Shown here: positions 57,434-64,000 of the stretch, in pieces | How positions within the stretch are numbered: the first letter of the stretch is position 1 | Layout of the letters: each line of letters opens with the position of its first letter | From: an uncultured Eubacteriales bacterium | Lineage (GTDB): Bacteria; Bacillota; Clostridia; Oscillospirales; Acutalibacteraceae | DNA: 64,000 nt | Reading direction: 5' to 3' | Assembly: GCA_900315285.1 (NCBI GenBank) | Contig: OMYO01000004.1 | Span: 3,000 to 66,999 of the forward strand | Notes under the pieces: generated by a model | What the model was told of the DNA's origin: nothing | Database searches by the model: none | The model's input: the letters and a program-made list of their open reading frames with translations, nothing else | Program-made: the position numbers and the translations under genes

Positions 57434-58140
57434 AAAATACCTTCATCCTTATCCCAGAGTTCTGCCACGCGGTCCTCAATAAGTTTGGCAGCTACACGCA
57501 GTTCTCTGGATTTTCTGGTTCCTGCGGAAAACCCAAGGCCGCTATAAGGAATGGGTTTCCCATAGCGGATGATAAGGCTGTATTTCTTATCATCCGATTT
57601 CTTCTTATAACGGCGAATGGAGACAGGGACAACTGGAGCCTGACACTCCCTCGCCACAAGAGCCGCACCAGGTTTGAAACCGGACGGACGACTTCCCTCC
57701 AGGTCACGTGTGCCCTGAGGGAAAATACAGAGACCATGACCATTTTCGATGATCTTCTGACAATACTTAATTGAGTCCCGGTCTGCCGTGCCGCGGCTCA
57801 CCGGGAAGCCGCCAAAGATATTCAGCGCCCACCGGGTATAAAACGTGTGGTAGAACTCCTCTTTGGCCATAAAATACATTTGCCGTCTGAGACCGAAGCC
57901 ATAGGTCACAGCAATGGGGTCAAAACCATTGGTATGGTTGGCACAGAGAATAAAGCCGCCCTGATCCGGAATATTTTCCGAATCAAAAAACTTCATATCC
58001 GCAAAACGTAGATTCAGAAGCTGCTTGGCGATTGGCTTTAAGAATGAATAGAAAATGGGGTGCGCCTTGACCGGTCTGTCCCAGTTGAACTGGAACGGCT
58101 TATCGTTGTAAAAAGGAAGCTTCTTTTTCTTTTCCGCCAT
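57430..58140 (-). CDS. plsC: 1-acyl-sn-glycerol-3-phosphate acyltransferase, paralogue 1
   Basis: NHTNGFDP (HX4D) and FPQGTR. TAATG overlap with cmk. Confidence 0.85.
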   Translation of the reverse strand: MAEKKKKLPFYNDKPFQFNWDRPVKAHPIFYSFLKPIAKQLLNLRFADMKFFDSENIPDQGGFILCANHTNGFDPIAVTYGFGLRRQMYFMAKEEFYHTFYTRWALNIFGGFPVSRGTADRDSIKYCQKIIENGHGLCIFPQGTRDLEGSRPSGFKPGAALVARECQAPVVPVSIRRYKKKSDDKKYSLIIRYGKPIPYSGLGFSAGTRKSRELRVAAKLIEDRVAELWDKDEGIL

Positions 58141-58802
58141 TATCTTTTCTCCTCTACCAGCTGAAGAAGCCGGTCAACGACTTCTTGGAATGACATGTGG
58201 GTGCTGTCGAGCAGAACTGCATCGCCCGCCTGTCTGAGTGGAGCAATTTCGCGGTGGGTGTCCTGATAATCCCTCTGATTGACCTCTGCGAGGATGGCGT
58301 CATAGTCCGCTTCCATACCCCGTTCCCGGTTCTGTTCATATCGTCTTCTGGCACGCTCCTCCGGAGAGGCGGTCAGGAAGATCTTTAGGTCAGCATCCGG
58401 GAGAACAACCGTTCCAATGTCCCGGCCGTCCATGAGACAGTCACAGGATGCGGCGATGTTCTTCTGCAGGCCAAACAGGAATTCCCGGACTGCGGGAATG
58501 GCCGAGACCTTGGACGCACCGGCAGAGACCTGCTCGGTCCGGATGGAGTCCGAGACATCCTGTCCATTCAGCAGAACTTTCTGGGTGCCGTCCTCAAATG
58601 CCAGCCGGATATCCGTACCGTCTAACGATGCAATAACGGCATCCGAATTTTCCAGGTCAACGCCCTGGTTCAAAGCATTCAGCGCAACCGTCCGGTACAG
58701 CGCTCCGGTGTCAACATAGACAAATCCGAGCCGCCGGGCAGCCTCCTTGGCGATGCTGCTCTTCCCGGCGCCCGCCGGTCCGTCGATGGCAATATGAAAC
58801 AT
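58140..58802 (-). CDS. cmk: Cytidylate kinase
   Basis: IAIDGPAGAGKSS P-loop. 220 aa. Confidence 0.95.
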   Translation of the reverse strand: MFHIAIDGPAGAGKSSIAKEAARRLGFVYVDTGALYRTVALNALNQGVDLENSDAVIASLDGTDIRLAFEDGTQKVLLNGQDVSDSIRTEQVSAGASKVSAIPAVREFLFGLQKNIAASCDCLMDGRDIGTVVLPDADLKIFLTASPEERARRRYEQNRERGMEADYDAILAEVNQRDYQDTHREIAPLRQAGDAVLLDSTHMSFQEVVDRLLQLVEEKR

Positions 58803-58818
58803 ATTGTTTCCTCCGATA

Positions 58819-60075
58819 TCAATCTGTATTCAGTGCCGCGTAGGCGGCGTTCTCACCGGCCAACGTACCGGTGGAAAAGGCAATTTGCAGGTTATAGCCC
58901 CCGGTGTAACCATCCACATCAATGATTTCGCCGGCAAAAAAGAGGCCGGGAACAAGCCGGGATTCCATGGTATGGGGATCAATTTCCCGGGTGCTCACAC
59001 CGCCGGAGGTGATGATGGCCTCCGTGACTGGCCGAAACCCATTGAGCATAAGCCCAAACTGCTTGAAACAGCGAACAAGATGCTCTCTCTCCTCCCTGGT
59101 GACCTGATTTAATGGCTTGTCAGGGGCAATATTGCTACGCTCCACCATGACAGGAATCATTTTCTTTGGAAGAAGTTTTCCGAGGGAGTCTCGAAACAGT
59201 CGGTTCGGGTCGGCAGAAAAGTCCCGCTGGATGCGGCGATCCAGTTTCTGTTCATCCAGGGCAGGCTTCAAGTCAATAGTAAGTTGGAGCGGATGGGAAA
59301 GCGAACGGATGTGGGAACTGGCACTTCGGATGACTGGGCCGGAAACCCCAAAATAGGTAAACTCCATTTCCCCAAAGTCCTCGTAGATTTTGGTGCCGTT
59401 CTTCGGGTCTATGACCTGGATTCCCACATTTCGGAGCGCAAGCCCTTGAAGGGCATGGCAACAGGGGTCCGCAGAGGTCATTGGAACCAGTGAGGGTGAG
59501 AGCGGTGTAACGGTATGCCCCAGTACTTCCGCCATGCGATATCCGTCCCCCGTAGATCCGGTTTTCGGATAGGACATGCCGCCTGTGGCAAGGATAACAG
59601 CAGCGCCTGTGAATTGGCCGCAGTGTTCCCCCTCTACACCAACAGCTTTTCCGTCTTCTGTAAGGATTCGCACAATACGATCCTGAACGCGGCGCACCCG
59701 ATGGCGACGCAGGTCTCGGTCCATGGCATCCACTATGTCAGTTGCCTTATCTGAGACCGGGAAAACGCGATTACCGCGCTCCGTCCTCAGCGGTACACCG
59801 AGCTCCTCCTCAAAGAGAGCCATGGTGTCAAGAGGACCAAACCTTGAGAGGGCACTGTAGAGAAAACGGCCGTTTACCGGCACGTGGCGCACAAATTCAT
59901 TGATGTCCGGACGGTAATTGGTCAGGTTGCAACGCCCTTTTCCCGTAATCCGGACTTTCCGGCCAATCCTCTCATTTCGTTCAAAGAGGGTGACCTCTGC
60001 GCCGAGTTCCGCTGCAGCACAGGCCGCTCGGACACCGGCAGCTCCCCCGCCAATGACGAGGACCTTATTTCCCAT
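58819..60075 (-). CDS. HI0933/BaiN-like FAD-dependent flavoprotein
   Basis: VIGGGAAGVRAA dinucleotide fold. C-terminal FFAGEIIDVDGYTGGYNLQ. Start MGNKVLV at 60075 overlaps the rpiR-family stop by 11 nt. Confidence 0.85.
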   Translation of the reverse strand: MGNKVLVIGGGAAGVRAACAAAELGAEVTLFERNERIGRKVRITGKGRCNLTNYRPDINEFVRHVPVNGRFLYSALSRFGPLDTMALFEEELGVPLRTERGNRVFPVSDKATDIVDAMDRDLRRHRVRRVQDRIVRILTEDGKAVGVEGEHCGQFTGAAVILATGGMSYPKTGSTGDGYRMAEVLGHTVTPLSPSLVPMTSADPCCHALQGLALRNVGIQVIDPKNGTKIYEDFGEMEFTYFGVSGPVIRSASSHIRSLSHPLQLTIDLKPALDEQKLDRRIQRDFSADPNRLFRDSLGKLLPKKMIPVMVERSNIAPDKPLNQVTREEREHLVRCFKQFGLMLNGFRPVTEAIITSGGVSTREIDPHTMESRLVPGLFFAGEIIDVDGYTGGYNLQIAFSTGTLAGENAAYAALNTD

Positions 60076-60970
60076 GGGGCCCGCCCTTCTCACCGGAGTC
60101 GCCCCCGGTCTGTTCTAAGTTCTCATAGACATTATACTTTTGCCATACCTTCTCCAGCTCACTGAAATTCTCCATGGCGTCGTCCCGACGTCCGCCGGAT
60201 GCAGAGAGGATGAGGGCATTGATGAGGCTCAGAGGAGCAACAAGCGAGTCGATATAGGAAGCCATTGTGCTGCGGGCAATAAGAAGATGGTCGGCGATGG
60301 ACGCAATGGGTGCATGGCTATTATCCGTAATAGCCACCAATTTTGCCCCTTTCTCGTGGGCATACAGCGCCATTTTATAAACAGAAGTAGAGTATCGCGG
60401 GAACGTGGCGACAATACAGACATCATCCGGTCCGACACGGAAGAGTTCCTCAAACATTTCACTGGAACTGTTTGTGGTGATGAGACGGACCTCGGAGTAG
60501 ACCTGGCGGAAATAGAAATACATGAAGCTTGCCAGAGAGGCGGCACTGCGTACACCAATGATATAGATATGGTTTGCCTCGTTGATGGCACGGGCTGCAC
60601 CGTCAAAGTCCTCCTGGGAAATATTGGCGAGGGTCTCCTTGATCATGTCCATGTCTCGGCGCATGGTCGTCTCAAGAAGATTGGCCCCCTGAAGACGTGG
60701 CTCTGCCACCTTCATTCGCTGCGTTGAAGTAAGTTTCCCTTTTACCGTTTCCTGGAGTGCCTCCTGAAATTCCGGATACCCCTCATACCCCATGTGGGTG
60801 GCAAAGCGGACAACTGTAGAGACGCTGATTCCGGTCTCCTCGCCAAGGCGAGCAGCGGTCAGGAATGCCGCCTTTTCGTAATTTTGGAGGATATAGTCGG
60901 CAATACGCTTATGGCTCTTGGAGAGCGTCGGGTAAAGCGATTCGATTTTAGAGAGGACCGATCCATTCAT
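60065..60970 (-). CDS. MurR/RpiR-family transcriptional regulator (HTH + SIS)
   Basis: HTH LTAARLGEETGISVSTVVRFA. SIS domain with IYIIGVRSAA. Confidence 0.85.
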   Translation of the reverse strand: MNGSVLSKIESLYPTLSKSHKRIADYILQNYEKAAFLTAARLGEETGISVSTVVRFATHMGYEGYPEFQEALQETVKGKLTSTQRMKVAEPRLQGANLLETTMRRDMDMIKETLANISQEDFDGAARAINEANHIYIIGVRSAASLASFMYFYFRQVYSEVRLITTNSSSEMFEELFRVGPDDVCIVATFPRYSTSVYKMALYAHEKGAKLVAITDNSHAPIASIADHLLIARSTMASYIDSLVAPLSLINALILSASGGRRDDAMENFSELEKVWQKYNVYENLEQTGGDSGEKGGPHGK

Positions 60971-60993
60971 GGCGAAGTTACGTTCTCCTTATC

Positions 60994-61470
60994 TTAGTTC
61001 CGGGTCGGAAAGCCCCGGTTGAAATAGCCCTGAAGATGACTTTTTCCCTTTCGGGGCTCGAAAAATGTGAGGATGAGCTTTTTTCCAAAAAGATAGACCA
61101 GCGGTCCGACAAGAATGCCGAAGGGCTGGAACCCGGTAATGAGATACCCCACCGCACAGGACAAGAGCATTTCAAACGGGGTTGCGCCAAAGAGATTCGG
61201 GCGTTTGAGAAATGGCGACATGATTTGGTGCAGGATCATAATAATGGAATACAAAACCATGAGCCAGAGCCCTTCTCTGGTATTTTGCGTAACCGTCAGG
61301 GCACAGAAAGCCCAGATGGTCATACAGAGCGTGGTTCCAATGGTGGGAACAAATTCCGCAATGGCGATTCCCAGTGCGATCCACACCCAGTGACGGACAC
61401 CAATAAGCGGCAGTCCAATGAGCAGAACAATGAGATTGACGAGCGGATAGGCAAAAGTTTCCAGCTTCAT
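60994..61470 (-). CDS. Small polytopic membrane protein resembling the C-terminal half of AI-2E/PerM-family transporters
   Basis: 158 aa. AEFVPTIGT..(TM)..LHQIMSPFLKRPNLFGATPFEMLLSCAVGYLITGFQPFGILVGPL pattern. Own AGGAGG RBS 5 nt before the ATG. ATGA overlap with the upstream gene. Family call is by pattern only. Confidence 0.5.
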   Translation of the reverse strand: MKLETFAYPLVNLIVLLIGLPLIGVRHWVWIALGIAIAEFVPTIGTTLCMTIWAFCALTVTQNTREGLWLMVLYSIIMILHQIMSPFLKRPNLFGATPFEMLLSCAVGYLITGFQPFGILVGPLVYLFGKKLILTFFEPRKGKSHLQGYFNRGFPTRN

Positions 61471-62021
61471 GGGTTCCTCCTCGGTTCAAAGCGGAAAATT
61501 TTCCGAATGTGCTTCTGCATGTTCTTGCGGTATAGGAGGACGAGTTTTCCAAGCATCCAATCATAGAGGAAAAATGCCACATTGCCTATGGCAAGAAGGA
61601 TCCAAGCGGTATACTTGCCAAAACGGCCCATGCCCTCAATGGGAATCAGAAGAATATAAATAATGACGAGATAGGCAAGAATGGTTGTGACACTAAATGT
61701 AACAAACTTGGCCAGAAAACGCAGAACCGGATGAAGGCGCCGGTCATAGATATCCTTCAGGATGGGATAGTAGCCGATAAGGAACACGTACATGACCACA
61801 GCCTCTTTATCAGCCACAATGAAGATGCTGAGAAGAGAGACCGCCGCATAGATAAAGACCGACCATTTCAGGTCCGCCTCCTGTGTGGTGACAATGAGCA
61901 GAATGCTGGCAAGCTCCGGAATGACATAGGTCATATTCGGGATGATACCCGCCAAAAACATGATAAACACAGACAGTGCTGTGATGATTCCGCCCAGTGC
62001 TGTGAGTGACGTATTCTTCAA
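61467..62021 (-). CDS. Polytopic membrane protein (about 6 TM), unknown family
   Basis: Start proposed at TTG 62021 (MKNTSLTALGG..), 7 nt after GGAGGGGG. The tracked ORF start at 62093 would place a consensus promoter inside the gene. Confidence 0.55.
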   Translation of the reverse strand: MKNTSLTALGGIITALSVFIMFLAGIIPNMTYVIPELASILLIVTTQEADLKWSVFIYAAVSLLSIFIVADKEAVVMYVFLIGYYPILKDIYDRRLHPVLRFLAKFVTFSVTTILAYLVIIYILLIPIEGMGRFGKYTAWILLAIGNVAFFLYDWMLGKLVLLYRKNMQKHIRKIFRFEPRRNP

Positions 62022-62058
62022 ATAAATGCCCCCTCCGCAGAGTAAGAAACAACATTTA

Positions 62059-62087
62059 ATTTTACTACAATCGTATACCTGTTTCAA
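62059..62087 (-). promoter_or_regulatory. Promoter TTGAAA-17-TAAAAT for the membrane-protein pair
   Basis: Minus strand: TTGAAA (62087-62082), 17-nt spacer, TAAAAT (62064-62059). Confidence 0.5.
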
Positions 62088-62119
62088 TAACATAAGCCCC
62101 TCGTAAATTTGGGGGAATC

Positions 62120-62128
62120 TGGTATAAT
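62120..62128 (+). promoter_or_regulatory. Extended -10 element TGgTATAAT
   Basis: tggtataat lies 37 nt upstream of the ATG at 62165. No good -35 was seen. Confidence 0.4.
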
Positions 62129-62164
62129 AGCATAGAAATAGAAATGTTTATGGAGGTTCCACAA

Positions 62165-63115
62165 ATGGATGAAAACAAGAAGAAATTCTCCTCCTCCGCC
62201 GAAGGCTACGACAAAGAAGAGGTCGACACCTATTTTCGCGGAGTACAGGAGCAGTTTCAGAAAATATCCGAGGAGAACAAGAAGCTCTATACCGACTGTG
62301 TCTCCTTTGCCAAACGGCTGAAAAAAATCCAGGATTCCGGTATCCTCAGTGAGGATGTCCCGGAACTGAAGCGGCAGAACGAGCAGTACCGCCAGGAAAT
62401 CGCGGAGCTCAAGAATCAGATCTATGACCTCTCGGCAAAGGTTCCAGCAGAAGAGCCGCAGCCGGAGACAGAAAAAGCAGAATCGCCCATAGAGAGTAAG
62501 AAGCTGGATTCTCTTGACTTTCAGGATGTGCCGGCAGCCAAACCAGCTCCACGCAAGAAACCGAAGAAGAGCCATAGCGTTCTCCGCGGCTTTATCATTT
62601 TCTTCCTGGTCATCTTCCTCCTCGTTGGAATCATCAGCATTGTGTCCAGCGCCATTGGCCACAGCAAGAACCCGAACAGCTCGTTCTTTGGTGTCCGCGC
62701 TTACACTATTACAAACAATAATATGGAGTCCATTGCCAGCAACAACGATGTCGTTTTCGTAACACGCAAGGACTTTAACGAAATGAAGACCGGATATGTT
62801 ATCCTCGCCACACCGCATGACCGCTCCCTCGCCAAGGTGGAGGCCGTAAAGAAGGATAAGGGAGAAACAGTGCTCCGTGTCTCAGGAGACGATAATAAGA
62901 CATATTCTGTCAAACAGGACGAATATCTCGGCTACGCCAAATACCGCGTAGAGGGCTTCGGCTCCTTTGTAAATTGGGTAGCAAGAAATATCATCACCTA
63001 CTACCTCATTCTGGCAATCATCATTGCTGTGTTCATTCTTCTTCTGGCCATCATTCCCGGCAAGAAGAAAGAAAAAGCGCCTAACAAGAAGAAAAAGGCC
63101 GCCCACAGCGCCTGA
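62165..63115 (+). CDS. DivIVA-domain protein fused to a bitopic SipW-like (S26B) signal-peptidase fold lacking the catalytic Ser
   Basis: N-terminal FSSSAEGYDKEEVDTYF plus coiled coil, P/K-rich linker, then TM. YTITNNNMESIASNNDVVFV aligns to the SipW/archaeal motif ..SGSMEP....GD.., with Ser replaced by Asn. Second TM and a K-rich tail. ATG at 62165 lies 8 nt after GGAGG; the tracked ORF starts at 62144. Confidence 0.65.
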   Translation: MDENKKKFSSSAEGYDKEEVDTYFRGVQEQFQKISEENKKLYTDCVSFAKRLKKIQDSGILSEDVPELKRQNEQYRQEIAELKNQIYDLSAKVPAEEPQPETEKAESPIESKKLDSLDFQDVPAAKPAPRKKPKKSHSVLRGFIIFFLVIFLLVGIISIVSSAIGHSKNPNSSFFGVRAYTITNNNMESIASNNDVVFVTRKDFNEMKTGYVILATPHDRSLAKVEAVKKDKGETVLRVSGDDNKTYSVKQDEYLGYAKYRVEGFGSFVNWVARNIITYYLILAIIIAVFILLLAIIPGKKKEKAPNKKKKAAHSA

Positions 63116-63139
63116 ATTACCATAAACTGAAAATATGAT

Positions 63140-63176
63140 TTTTAGGGTCTCGCTTTTGGCGGGACCCTAAATTTGT
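63140..63176 (+). terminator. Intrinsic terminator
   Basis: tttagggtctcgc / gcgggaccctaaa stem followed by tttgtt. Confidence 0.8.
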
Positions 63177-63284
63177 TCTAAGTGAGCATACGTTCACGAC
63201 TTTTGATTGTTTTTTTCTTGTCGAACAGGTATACTGAAATTAATCACAAAATCTTAATGTCCATATATAGGAGGTTTGTAAATT

Positions 63285-64000
63285 ATGGCCAACAAGACTG
63301 TCTTCATGACCGGTGCCTCCGGTCACATGGGCTGGGCAAGCTTTAATGAAATCTATGACAAGCGCCCTGACCTGAACATCACGGTCCTTCTCCGCGACAG
63401 CGAGAAAAACCGCAACAAATTCGCCAAGTGCCTCGGAGACCCCCGCGTCAAGATCGTCTGGGGTGACCTGAATGACTATGATAGCATCCTCCGCGGTGTC
63501 ACAGGAGCAGACTATGTTCTCCATATTGGTGGTATGGTCTCCCCTGCTGCTGACTACTACCCGAAACGCACTCTGAAAACCAATGTCGCCGCTGCTGAGA
63601 ACATTGTCAAAGCAGTCAAAGCACAGCCGAATGCAGATGACATGATTGTTGTCTACATTGGCACTGTCGCTGAGACCGGCAACCGTCCAGAGCCCATCCA
63701 CTGGGGTCGTACTGGTGACCCCATCAAAATCTCCATCTATGACCACTATGCCGTCAGTAAAGTACGCGCAGAGCGTGTCTTTGCCGAGTCTGGCCTGAAA
63801 AAGTGGGTCTCCCTGCGCCAGTCCGGTATCCTCTACCCTGCCATTCTGAAGAATATGGACCCCATCATGTTCCATGTTCCCATGAATGAGGCCCTCGAGT
63901 GGGCAACGGTTGAGGACTCCGCCACCCTCATGGCAAACATCTGCACCGACGACCTTCCGGACGACTTCTTCCGCCGTTTCTACAACATCGGTTCCGGCGA
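63285..64000 (+). CDS. NAD-dependent epimerase/dehydratase-family (SDR) protein, 3'-truncated by the window end
   Basis: AGGAGG RBS. MANKTVFMTGASGHMGW.. (Rossmann TGxxGxxG). Open to position 64000. Not in the ORF track because no stop is reached. Confidence 0.8.
   Translation, partial: MANKTVFMTGASGHMGWASFNEIYDKRPDLNITVLLRDSEKNRNKFAKCLGDPRVKIVWGDLNDYDSILRGVTGADYVLHIGGMVSPAADYYPKRTLKTNVAAAENIVKAVKAQPNADDMIVVYIGTVAETGNRPEPIHWGRTGDPIKISIYDHYAVSKVRAERVFAESGLKKWVSLRQSGILYPAILKNMDPIMFHVPMNEALEWATVEDSATLMANICTDDLPDDFFRRFYNIGSG

Noticed and set aside
60994-62093. Membrane-protein pair as a frameshifted single AI-2E pseudogene
   Set aside because: The downstream ORF has its own AGGAGG RBS. Its frame has a stop 6 codons upstream of its ATG. 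The junction is a classic ATGA coupling, and the upstream protein does not resemble an AI-2E N-terminal half.

Overview
Dense chromosomal segment with about 62 protein-coding genes. I recognised no rRNA, tRNA, CRISPR array, IS element or prophage by eye. It looks like a fairly GC-rich Clostridia-class Firmicute; this is an inference from gene content and synteny: recJ-rel-dtd-MBL-hemZ block, hup-yabO-divIC-yabR block, hpf, radA, atpIBEFHAGDC, yajC-tgt-queA, asd-dapA-dapB, and rpiR-flavoprotein-cmk-plsC-plsC-ispH::rpsA. Most of the window is ordinary housekeeping DNA, with many translationally coupled (ATGA/TAATG) junctions and clear intrinsic terminators. The less ordinary parts are: (1) a surface protein with two NEAT-like modules, co-transcribed with a NitT/TauT-type ABC importer; (2) an orphan 1299-aa double-activase fusion next to tandem cupins; (3) a two-gene AmmeMemoRadiSam variant with a LigB/Memo-like::AMMECR1 fusion; (4) a promoter-then-terminator leader in front of a MATE efflux gene; (5) a divergent asnB / glnA-ANTAR module with a terminator in the asnB leader and a pseudo-receiver ANTAR protein; (6) a small Ala-rich protein with an IANTG sorting-signal-like C-terminus, followed by an AT-rich gene-remnant island; (7) a translationally coupled membrane-protein pair whose second member resembles only the C-terminal half of AI-2E/PerM transporters; (8) a DivIVA-domain protein fused to a SipW-like signal-peptidase fold whose catalytic Ser is replaced. 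I saw no canonical defence, toxin-antitoxin or biosynthetic cluster. All functional proposals are hypotheses from sequence patterns only, because no database search could be run.
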